From a virus (lineage: Duplodnaviria; Caudoviricetes), in the IMG/VR virus record IMGVR_UViG_3300030098_000938, positions 1 to 33,618 of that record: a stretch of DNA of 33,618 nt; one strand, given 5' to 3'. Below the pieces are notes generated by a model. The model was given only the letters and a program-made list of their open reading frames with translations, was not told the origin of the DNA and searched no databases. The translations under genes were made by a program, and so were the position numbers. Shown here in pieces: positions 8,548 to 15,705 of the stretch (the first letter of the stretch is position 1; the number at the start of each line of letters is the position of its first letter).

Positions 8548-8934
8548 ATGGCTTGGTTAAGCTTAGCTAAAATAGCAATACAAGCTGGTGGTAAAATTTA
8601 TGCTAATAGACAAAAAGCAAAAGTTGCTATGTCTGATGCACAGCTTTTACACGCCGAGCGACAAGCCCGAGGTGAGGAAGAATACCAGGGAAAACTTTTA
8701 GAAGCTCGTCAAAACGACTACAAAGACGAATTTGTCCTTGTAATTATTTCGGCGCCCATAATTGTGTTAATGTGGGCAGTAATGTCGGATGATCCGGCCG
8801 CGATGGAGAAGGTAAAACTCTTTTTTGAGTATTTCCAGTCATTGCCGTCATGGTTCACTAATTTATGGATACTTGTAGTTGCGAGTATTTTTGGTATAAA
8901 GGGTACACAAATTTTCAGAAATGGAAAAAAATAA
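8548..8934 (+). CDS. Putative 3TM holin-like membrane protein
   Basis: Amphipathic N-terminus, YKDEF followed by a TM helix, a second TM helix ending ASIFGIKG and a basic C-terminus. Pattern recalled from 3TM/GTA-type holins. Confidence 0.6.
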   Translation: MAWLSLAKIAIQAGGKIYANRQKAKVAMSDAQLLHAERQARGEEEYQGKLLEARQNDYKDEFVLVIISAPIIVLMWAVMSDDPAAMEKVKLFFEYFQSLPSWFTNLWILVVASIFGIKGTQIFRNGKK

Positions 8935-8946
8935 GGAGTTAATATT

Positions 8947-9270
8947 ATGAGACAAAACGGAGTAAGACCAGGAAGAACGCGATACGCTACTGGAGGAAGA
9001 GCTAAAATGAGAGGAGGCGGAATGTCTACAGCAAGAAGAGACATGATGTCAGGATACTATCCTTCAGACATGGGTATGGCTGGTGGAGCTATGTATAAAA
9101 AAGGTGGAAAAGTCGGTAAGAAGAAACAAGGCTACAAAGCTAGAAAAGATGAATCCATCGCTATGAGAATTCGTAAGAAAAGAACTAAGAAGCAATTAAA
9201 AGCATCTAGAGACGAGTCTTACGGAAGATTTGGAAGCAAAGCTAAAAAATCTGGTAAAATAAATAGATAA
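8947..9270 (+). CDS. Highly basic small protein, 107 aa (33 K+R), with several xxxGG motifs
   Basis: AAGGAG RBS; composition counted from the translation; internal repeat KARKDES/KASRDES. Confidence 0.8.
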   Translation: MRQNGVRPGRTRYATGGRAKMRGGGMSTARRDMMSGYYPSDMGMAGGAMYKKGGKVGKKKQGYKARKDESIAMRIRKKRTKKQLKASRDESYGRFGSKAKKSGKINR

Positions 9271-9272
9271 TC

Positions 9273-9383
9273 ATGTTTAACGAATTCCGAGATAAAGTTT
9301 TTGGAGTGAAATGTGCTACATGTTCACACAGAAAAGGCGGATTCTTTAAACGAAAATGCAAATGCATGAAAGGAGATAAATAA
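9273..9383 (+). CDS. 36-aa Cys-rich basic microprotein (MFNEFRDKVFGVKCATCSHRKGGFFKRKCKCMKGDK)
   Basis: Hand-translated. Fills the gap exactly, and its TAA overlaps the next ATG. CxxCxH...CxC pattern. Confidence 0.65.
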   Translation: MFNEFRDKVFGVKCATCSHRKGGFFKRKCKCMKGDK

Positions 9384-9682
9384 TGACAAAAAGATTTGGA
9401 ATGGGAAATAAAAAAGTAATCAAAGCTAGAGATTTAGACAAAGATGGAAAAAAATCTAGTTATGAAATAGCGAGAGCTAAAGGAATGGCTAAAGGAATGG
9501 GAGCACGTTTCGAAGCTAAAAAAGGTGGTAGCGCTTACCACACAACTAAAGATGGTAGAAGAGTTAAAAAAGGACTTTACTACTACATGAACAAAAGAAA
9601 GAAAGCAGGTACAAGCAGACCAGGTAAAGGAACTGTAAGTTCTAAAGCATTAAAAAGATCGGCTAAAACTGCTAAAAAATAA
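9383..9682 (+). CDS. Highly basic small protein, 99 aa (DLDKDGKKSSYE EF-hand-like loop, AKKGG motif)
   Basis: AAAGGAG RBS; K/R-rich; DxDxDG motif. Confidence 0.8.
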   Translation: MTKRFGMGNKKVIKARDLDKDGKKSSYEIARAKGMAKGMGARFEAKKGGSAYHTTKDGRRVKKGLYYYMNKRKKAGTSRPGKGTVSSKALKRSAKTAKK

Positions 9683-9684
9683 TC

Positions 9685-9963
9685 ATGGCTAGTCCAGCAT
9701 GGCAACGTAAGGCAGGAAAAAATCCATCAGGTGGATTAAATAAGAAAGGTGTTGCTTCTTATAGAAGAGCAAACCCTGGTTCTAAACTTAAGACTGCTGT
9801 TACAACTAAACCATCTAAATTAAAGAAAGGATCTAAAGCCGCTAATCGTAGAAAAAGTTTTTGTGCGAGAATGGGTGGAATGAAAAAAAGATTAACATCT
9901 GCTAAAACTGCGAGGGATCCAAATTCAAGGATTAATAAAGCTTTGAGAAAGTGGAATTGTTAA
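9685..9963 (+). CDS. Basic conserved phage protein, 92 aa (AWQRKAGKNPSGGLN...RRKSFCARM...ALRKWNC; DUF6321-like from recall)
   Basis: Motif string recalled from marine phage proteins; family assignment unverified. Confidence 0.75.
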   Translation: MASPAWQRKAGKNPSGGLNKKGVASYRRANPGSKLKTAVTTKPSKLKKGSKAANRRKSFCARMGGMKKRLTSAKTARDPNSRINKALRKWNC

Positions 9964-10178
9964 TGAAAGCAGCAATTTTAGATGCGTTAGAAGCTAGATA
10001 CGATGCACAAATAGCTGAAGCTGATGCTACAATTAAAATATATTTAGAAAATTCTGTAGGTATTGGAGAACATCCACAACATATAGATGAAATAGATAAA
10101 TTGTTTCAAAAAATTGCAGATGCTCAAGAAAAGCTACAAGCAATTAAAGATTTTAGGGAGCCTGGACGTGCCCTTTAA
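9963..10178 (+). CDS. Small helical-hairpin protein, 71 aa (VGIGEHPQ motif)
   Basis: ATG at 9963 via a TAATG overlap, preferred to GTG at 9951. Two helices around GIGEHP. Confidence 0.75.
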   Translation: MKAAILDALEARYDAQIAEADATIKIYLENSVGIGEHPQHIDEIDKLFQKIADAQEKLQAIKDFREPGRAL

Positions 10179-10290
10179 ATCTGAAAAACAAAGACGTTAT
10201 CTATACAAAAACGAACCTGCCATAGCTAAAAAATGGACTAAGAAATATGGTAGTAAAATAAGCAAACCAAAGAAAAGGAAAAAGAAATAA
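10168..10290 (+). CDS. 40-aa basic microprotein (MPFKSEKQRRYLYKNEPAIAKKWTKKYGSKISKPKKRKKK)
   Basis: Hand-translated. GTG start with AGGGAG RBS 7 nt upstream; TAA overlaps the next ATG. Confidence 0.7.
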   Translation: MPFKSEKQRRYLYKNEPAIAKKWTKKYGSKISKPKKRKKK

Positions 10291-10526
10291 TGGACGAACT
10301 AACTTTTGTAGATAGGATAAAGAAAATAATAAAAATGAGACATGATGATGTAGTTTCTGCGATGGCATCTGGTGGTGTTGACAATATGGAAAAATACCAG
10401 TATATGTTAGGTCAGATACGAACGTATCAATATTTAAGTCAGGAAATATCCAGCCTGCTAAACAAAAAGGAGCAAAAAGACAATGAAGGAACCGTTATCA
10501 ACATCAACTCAAAATCCAAAGATTGA
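10290..10526 (+). CDS. Hypothetical protein, 78 aa, upstream of groES
   Basis: Coupled ORF, predicted helical. Confidence 0.75.
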   Translation: MDELTFVDRIKKIIKMRHDDVVSAMASGGVDNMEKYQYMLGQIRTYQYLSQEISSLLNKKEQKDNEGTVININSKSKD

Positions 10527-10926
10527 GTTACCAAATAAAGAATTAGTTGGTGTAAAAACTACAAAACAAAAACAACAAGATTTAAAATCAGAATCAGCAA
10601 AATTACCTGTTCCAACAGGTTGGCGAATTTTAGTTTTACCTTTTAAACAAAAAGAAAAAACTAAAGGTGGAATATTATTAGCAGATGAGACAGTAGAACG
10701 ATCACAAGTAGCATCAACTTGTGGTTTAGTTTTAGATATGGGCCCACACTGTTATGATAAAGAAAGATACCCAGAAGGCCCCTGGTGTAAGAAAGGTGAT
10801 TGGATTATCTTTGCAAGATACGCTGGATCACGAATTAAAATAGATGGGGGTGAGATAAGACTTCTCAATGATGATGAAGTTTTAGCGACCGTGGAAAACC
10901 CTGAAGATATATACCACGAATTTTAA
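10483..10926 (+). CDS. groES: Co-chaperonin GroES (Cpn10) homologue with an N-terminal extension
   Basis: PTGWRILVLP, mobile loop EKTKGGILL, GLVLDMGP, KKGDWIIFARYAG and RLLNDDEVLATV match the Cpn10 pattern. Confidence 0.92.
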   Translation: MKEPLSTSTQNPKIELPNKELVGVKTTKQKQQDLKSESAKLPVPTGWRILVLPFKQKEKTKGGILLADETVERSQVASTCGLVLDMGPHCYDKERYPEGPWCKKGDWIIFARYAGSRIKIDGGEIRLLNDDEVLATVENPEDIYHEF

Positions 10927-10944
10927 CATAGATAAGGAGAAACT

Positions 10945-11994
10945 ATGCCAAACAAAGAAGAAAACATGTCTAAAGAACCAATGGTTGATTTAGACACATC
11001 CGGACCGGGTGCAAGTGTCGATCTTCCTGACACACAAAAAGAGGAGGAAAAAACATATGAGAAAGAGGAAAATAAAAATGAAGCAAATGTTACATACGAT
11101 AATGAGTCCGCTGACGCATCTAAGAAATCTGATGAGCAGTCTGATGTTCGAGATGACAAGGACGAAGGCGGAAAGGTTGAACAGAAAACTTCTGAAAAAG
11201 GGAGTGATAAACAACCAAATAACATTAGGGAAGTTGAAGAATATTCTGAAGGAGTTAAGAAAAGAATAGCTAAACTTACTAAAAAAATGCGTGAAGCAGA
11301 AAGGCAAAGAGAAGAGGCTATTGCTTTTGCGCAAAGAGTTAAAATAGAAAGAGATCAATTTGAAGCTAAATCAACATCTTTAGATAAAAATTATGCTACC
11401 GAAATGGAAGGCAGAATTTCATCTTCACTTGCAGCCGCACAAGAAAAATTAAAAACTGCAAGATTAAACGAAGATGCAAAAGCTGAAGTAGAAGCTTTAA
11501 CTCAAATATCTCAATTAGGTTATGAGCAAGGTAAATTAGCTGAGTTAAAAACTCAACACCAAATGCAGGAGACTGCAGCTAAAGAAAAACCTGTTAAAAC
11601 TGCACAACCAGTTGTTAAACCATCAGCTCCTGTAGATCCAAAAGCGGAAGCTTGGGCTGAGAAAAATGAGTGGTTTGGCAAAGACAACGCCATGACTTAT
11701 ACAGCGTTTGATTTACACAGAAAACTTACTGAAGAAGAGGGAATGGACCCACAATCTGATGAATATTATGCAGAGGTGGATAAAAGAATAAGACTTGAAT
11801 TCCCCCACAAATTTGGTAATACTGTAGAAAAACAGACTAGTAAACCTACACAAAACGTTGCATCTGCAACGCGTAGTTCAAAGACTGGTCGCAAACAAGT
11901 GAGACTCACACCATCTCAAGTCGCAATAGCGAAAAAATTAGGTGTGCCACTGGAAGAGTATGCGAAACAACTTATAAACACGAAGGAGGTATAG
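10945..11994 (+). CDS. Putative capsid scaffolding protein
   Basis: Acidic disordered N-terminus, long coiled coil, C-terminal LTPSQVAIAKKLGVPLEEYAK, position upstream of the capsid genes, AAGGAG RBS. Confidence 0.7.
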   Translation: MPNKEENMSKEPMVDLDTSGPGASVDLPDTQKEEEKTYEKEENKNEANVTYDNESADASKKSDEQSDVRDDKDEGGKVEQKTSEKGSDKQPNNIREVEEYSEGVKKRIAKLTKKMREAERQREEAIAFAQRVKIERDQFEAKSTSLDKNYATEMEGRISSSLAAAQEKLKTARLNEDAKAEVEALTQISQLGYEQGKLAELKTQHQMQETAAKEKPVKTAQPVVKPSAPVDPKAEAWAEKNEWFGKDNAMTYTAFDLHRKLTEEEGMDPQSDEYYAEVDKRIRLEFPHKFGNTVEKQTSKPTQNVASATRSSKTGRKQVRLTPSQVAIAKKLGVPLEEYAKQLINTKEV

Positions 11995-11998
11995 GCAT

Positions 11999-12493
11999 AT
12001 GAATACAAGTAAACCAACTCGTGCGAGTCAAGCTAAAAAAAGTGATACAACAAAAGTTGTAGCACAAGCAAAAACGGTTAAGCCAAAAGCAAGACCAAAA
12101 GTTTGGACTCCACCATCGTACTTAGATACGCCCAACGCGCCAGAAGGATTCAGACACAGATGGGTCAGGGTAGAAATCTTGGGGTACGTCGACACGAAAA
12201 ACATACAAGGACGCTTAAGATCCGGGTATGAGTTAGTAAGAGCCGATGAATATCCTGATGAAGACTTCCCAGCAATCATGGATGGCAAATACGCAGGGGT
12301 GATCGGGCACGGAGGCCTAGTGCTGACTAGGGTACCGGAAGAGATCGCAAGGCAGCGGACTGAGTATTACGAACGACAAGCTCAGGATCAAATGACTGCA
12401 ATCGACAACGATCTTATGAAGGAGCAGCATAAGGGAATGCCTATCGACATTGATAGAAATTCTCGTACGACCTTCGGTGGCAAGAAAAGTTAG
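11999..12493 (+). CDS. Conserved head-module hypothetical protein, 164 aa
   Basis: GGAGG RBS; WTPPSYL...GFRHRWVR...GYELVRADEYP motifs; lies between scaffold and capsid genes. Confidence 0.8.
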   Translation: MNTSKPTRASQAKKSDTTKVVAQAKTVKPKARPKVWTPPSYLDTPNAPEGFRHRWVRVEILGYVDTKNIQGRLRSGYELVRADEYPDEDFPAIMDGKYAGVIGHGGLVLTRVPEEIARQRTEYYERQAQDQMTAIDNDLMKEQHKGMPIDIDRNSRTTFGGKKS

Positions 12494-12527
12494 AATTTAA
12501 ATTTTCAAACCAGCGAATAAATTAACC

Positions 12528-12556
12528 GTGACTGGAGGTCCGCAAGGACAGGTCAC
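12528..12556 (+). promoter_or_regulatory. RNA stem-loop with a GCAA tetraloop and an asymmetric internal loop, immediately 5' of an RBS
   Basis: GTGAC-tggag-GTCC-gcaa-GGAC-ag-GTCAC, followed by ATAAGGAG. Confidence 0.6.
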
Positions 12557-12571
12557 ATAAGGAGAAACGAC

Positions 12572-13150
12572 ATGGCTAATGCGTCAACAACTGGTTTCGG
12601 TTTGAAACCAATTAAAATGTACGGCAATGGTTATGAAAGCATGGGTTTAGGTGAATATCCTGTGGCAGCTTCTTCAGACGCTATCTATTTTCAAGATGCA
12701 GTCTGTCAAGCAGCAACTGGTTATGTAATCGTTGGTATCGCAACAACTACAGATATCATTGGTTCACTAAACGGTGTTTTCTACACTGATGCTACTACAT
12801 CAAAGCCAACGTTCCAAAACTACCTACAAGGTAGTAATGCCGCAACTGATATCGTAGCGCTTGTAAATGATAACCCATTACAGCAATATGAGATTAGAGG
12901 CGACAATAGTGGAGCAGCGGCTCAAACAGATGTTGGATGTGTAGCGGATATCGTATATGCAGCTGGCTCAAGTCCGAATTATGTTTCGGGTGCGATGCTA
13001 GATGATAGCGATATTGCTGCTGGAAGTTCCAAACAGCTGAAAATAATAGGCGTTTCAAGAGATCCTGATAACCAAGACTTAACTGCCGCTGGTGTGGTAT
13101 GGAGAGTTGTTATCAACGAATCATTCTTCTTGGACGACACAGGGATATAA
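12572..13150 (+). CDS. Putative capsid decoration/minor capsid protein, 192 aa
   Basis: Directly upstream of the MCP, strong RBS, beta-rich small-residue composition. Confidence 0.65.
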   Translation: MANASTTGFGLKPIKMYGNGYESMGLGEYPVAASSDAIYFQDAVCQAATGYVIVGIATTTDIIGSLNGVFYTDATTSKPTFQNYLQGSNAATDIVALVNDNPLQQYEIRGDNSGAAAQTDVGCVADIVYAAGSSPNYVSGAMLDDSDIAAGSSKQLKIIGVSRDPDNQDLTAAGVVWRVVINESFFLDDTGI

Positions 13151-13166
13151 TAGGAGGTTTATAATC

Positions 13167-14069
13167 ATGGCTATATCACGTAATCAACTAGTTAAAGAAC
13201 TAGAGCCAGGTTTAAATGCACTATTTGGCCTGGAATACAAACAGTATGAAAATCAGACAGCTGAGATTTATACTACAGAGTCATCTGACAGAGCTTTCGA
13301 AGAGGAAGTAATGTTGTCAGGTTTCGCTTCAGCACAAGTAAAACCAGAAGGTTCAGGTGTTACATACGATAACGCTCAAGAAACTTTCACAGCTAGATAC
13401 ACTAACGAGACAATTGCTCTCGCTTTTGCTATCACTGAGGAAGCAATTGAAGATAACTTGTATGACAGACTGGCTTCTAGATATACTAAAGCTTTAGCAA
13501 GATCTATGGCTCAAACAAAACAAGTTAAAGGAGCGGCACCATTAAACAATGGTTTCGGCACATTCACTTCAGGTGACGGTGTATCTCTATTTAACACTGC
13601 ACATACTACAATTGCTGGATCGTTTTCAAACACTCTAGCAACTGCTGCGGACTTAAACGAAACTTCGTTAGAACAATCGCTAATCGACATCGCTGCGATG
13701 ACTGACGAAAGAGGTTTAAAAATCGCTGCTAAAGGTATGAAGATGATCATCCCATCTGCGCTACAATTTACTGCGGAAAGACTTATGGCTTCTGCTGGTA
13801 GAGTTGGAACTGCTGATAATGATATCAACGCAATCAAATCTATGGGGATGATTCCTCAAGGATATGTTGTTAATAACTTTTTAACAGACACTGATGCGTT
13901 CTACATTACAACAGACGTGCCAAATGGTATGAAACATTTCGAGAGAACTCCTCTATCTACTAAGATGGAAGGTGATTTCGATACTGGTAATGTTAGATAC
14001 AAAGCTAGAGAAAGATACGTTTTCGGCGTATCTGACCCTAGAGGTATCTTTGCTTCACCAGGAGCGTAG
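13167..14069 (+). CDS. Major capsid protein, 300 aa
   Basis: ATG at 13167 after AGGAGG. MAISRNQLVKELEPGLNALFGLEY, ALAFAITEEAIEDNLY and DFDTGNVRYKARERY are typical of marine phage HK97-fold capsids. Followed by a strong hairpin. Confidence 0.9.
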   Translation: MAISRNQLVKELEPGLNALFGLEYKQYENQTAEIYTTESSDRAFEEEVMLSGFASAQVKPEGSGVTYDNAQETFTARYTNETIALAFAITEEAIEDNLYDRLASRYTKALARSMAQTKQVKGAAPLNNGFGTFTSGDGVSLFNTAHTTIAGSFSNTLATAADLNETSLEQSLIDIAAMTDERGLKIAAKGMKMIIPSALQFTAERLMASAGRVGTADNDINAIKSMGMIPQGYVVNNFLTDTDAFYITTDVPNGMKHFERTPLSTKMEGDFDTGNVRYKARERYVFGVSDPRGIFASPGA

Positions 14070-14080
14070 TACTTAAATTT

Positions 14081-14107
14081 TTGTGGCGGGACATAGTCTC
14101 GCCACAA
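14081..14107 (+). terminator. Hairpin after the MCP gene (weak terminator or mRNA 3' stabiliser)
   Basis: TTGTGGCGGGAC-ata-GTCTCGCCACAA, a 12-bp stem with one G-U pair; poor U-tract. Confidence 0.6.
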
Positions 14108-14127
14108 TTAAGAAATAGAAAGGAAAA

Positions 14128-14403
14128 ATGCACCCTAAAAACTTCAGAATACAAATTAATGCTTATCAATATCACGCAGATTTTGTTATAAACTGCATAG
14201 ACGGCCCATTAGATATTGAAAATGCAATCATTGACAAATTGGGAAAAGGTGATATAAAATGGGAACATCTTGGAGAAATGATGGATCCAAGAGTACAAAG
14301 AATAACCTATGAGGAGGTTATAGATGGAGATGCAATCACATCTACAAGACCTTTACACACAGAAGAAGGGTCTGGATCTAGAATGGGAGCAGGAGCATCT
14401 TAA
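14128..14403 (+). CDS. Hypothetical protein, 91 aa
   Basis: GAAAGGA RBS; overlaps the next ORF by 80 nt. Confidence 0.65.
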   Translation: MHPKNFRIQINAYQYHADFVINCIDGPLDIENAIIDKLGKGDIKWEHLGEMMDPRVQRITYEEVIDGDAITSTRPLHTEEGSGSRMGAGAS

Positions 14404-14548
14404 AGAGGGTAGATATACTCTCAATATGGTTAAGATTGACAGAAAAGTCAGAGAAGTAATTAGCCATATAAAAATAGCAGAAGCTAAAAAAGAGCATTTG
14501 CTAAATAAGGTGGAAGACGCTGCTCCACAAGTTTCTGTAGCTACTTAA
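14324..14548 (+). CDS. Hypothetical helical protein, 74 aa
   Basis: GAGGAGG RBS; hairpin TGTAGCT/AGCTACA (14536-14560) spans the stop codon. Confidence 0.75.
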   Translation: MEMQSHLQDLYTQKKGLDLEWEQEHLKEGRYTLNMVKIDRKVREVISHIKIAEAKKEHLLNKVEDAAPQVSVAT

Positions 14549-14595
14549 TAAAAAGCTACATCGTTGGAAAATTCCTGTCCGCACTGCATAGCCTC

Positions 14596-14624
14596 TTGCG
14601 CTCTACTTAAAACTGTTGTATAAA
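14596..14624 (+). promoter_or_regulatory. Putative sigma70-type promoter
   Basis: TTGCGC (14596-14601), 17 nt, TATAAA (14619-14624) in a 163-nt intergenic gap. Confidence 0.55.
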
Positions 14625-14650
14625 AATCACACTATACAATAATTAATATT

Positions 14651-14691
14651 TCATACAGACGCGTATAGTCGACGGCCAAGAGACTGTATGA
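14651..14691 (+). ncRNA. Candidate structured 5'-leader RNA element
   Basis: TCATACAG (14651-58) pairs with CTGTATGA (14684-91) around a GC-rich core; 9 nt upstream of the GGAGG RBS. Confidence 0.45.
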
Positions 14692-14711
14692 TCTAAACTT
14701 GGAGGATTATT

Positions 14712-15656
14712 ATGGCAAAAACAAACTTTTCGGGACCTATTACAACAGGACCGATACAAGTAAACACAGGGACTACAGTCGGCACAAATGTAAGAGATGC
14801 TGCTTGGGTCCAAAACAAAATGGCGTTTCCAATTAGCTACGCAAATTTTGTTGTAACAACTGACGCTGACAGATTAGCTGTTACTGGTTCTAATGGAGCA
14901 AGTACAACTGACGTCACATTAGTAGACGCTACTCAAAACGTACCTGGAATAACTTCTGATGGTGGTTTTGAAATGGCTTCTGTAATAACCTTAACTTCTG
15001 CTGGTAATGATAGTGCAAGAACTGCATCTATTACTGGAACAGATGTTTTAGGAAATACACAGACCGAAGATGTAACAATGGGTAATGCCGGCGCTGTATC
15101 TTCAACTAAAACTTTCAAAACTGTAACTTCCATCACTGTTGATGGATCTGGAACAGCTGGAACTTTATCGGTCGGTGTAATAGAGACTGGATTAATTTCT
15201 ATGGCATGTAGATCTTTGTTCAATGAATATCCATTAGGTCAAACATCGAGTACAACAGATAAAAACCTTGCTAACAACATTGTAATTCCAGCATGGTCTA
15301 GAATTACAGACATTAGATTCATTGTTAATACAGCTTTTGATACAGCTGGTTTTGACATGCAAATTGGTGCTAATGTAGCGCAAGCTGCAGGATCTATGAC
15401 TAACAGTCATGATCTGGATTACTTTGCAGGTGATACATCTAATGATGTTAAAGGTGTTGCTTCTCATCATATACCAACTGGCATGGATCAGACTTCGGCT
15501 CAAATGAAAAATTGTTTGAACGTATCTGATGATGATGCAAGTGGTTATGAAATAGATAAAGTTGTTATTATAACTGCTGCTACTGACGATACATTAACTG
15601 CTGGAGACGGCGTGTTAAGTATTGAGTGGTTGCAAAAAATAAACGACACTAACTAA
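14712..15656 (+). CDS. Virion structural protein, 314 aa (MAKTNFSGPI N-terminus)
   Basis: GGAGG RBS; Thr/Ser/Gly/Asp-rich beta composition; position after the capsid gene. Confidence 0.75.
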   Translation: MAKTNFSGPITTGPIQVNTGTTVGTNVRDAAWVQNKMAFPISYANFVVTTDADRLAVTGSNGASTTDVTLVDATQNVPGITSDGGFEMASVITLTSAGNDSARTASITGTDVLGNTQTEDVTMGNAGAVSSTKTFKTVTSITVDGSGTAGTLSVGVIETGLISMACRSLFNEYPLGQTSSTTDKNLANNIVIPAWSRITDIRFIVNTAFDTAGFDMQIGANVAQAAGSMTNSHDLDYFAGDTSNDVKGVASHHIPTGMDQTSAQMKNCLNVSDDDASGYEIDKVVIITAATDDTLTAGDGVLSIEWLQKINDTN

Positions 15657-15664
15657 TAAATTAA

Positions 15665-15688
15665 TGTGAGCTCCTTCGGGAGCTCACA
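15665..15688 (+). terminator. Perfect 10-bp hairpin with a cUUCGg tetraloop
   Basis: TGTGAGCTCC-ttcg-GGAGCTCACA. There is no U-tract, so it may be a processing or stability element rather than a terminator. Confidence 0.65.
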
Positions 15689-15705
15689 ATTAATGGAGAA
15701 AAATT

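Noticed and set aside
1213-11269. Alternative-frame + strand ORFs 1213-1395 and 11009-11269
   Set aside because: They are fully nested in terL and the scaffold gene, with no convincing RBS or motif.
13092-13166. 25-aa N-terminal extension of the major capsid protein given by the ORF track
   Set aside because: It overlaps the upstream gene, and the AGGAGG RBS points to ATG 13167.
14040-14130. Programmed frameshift or readthrough extending the capsid protein
   Set aside because: No slippery heptamer is seen before the TAG, and an in-frame TAA follows two codons later.
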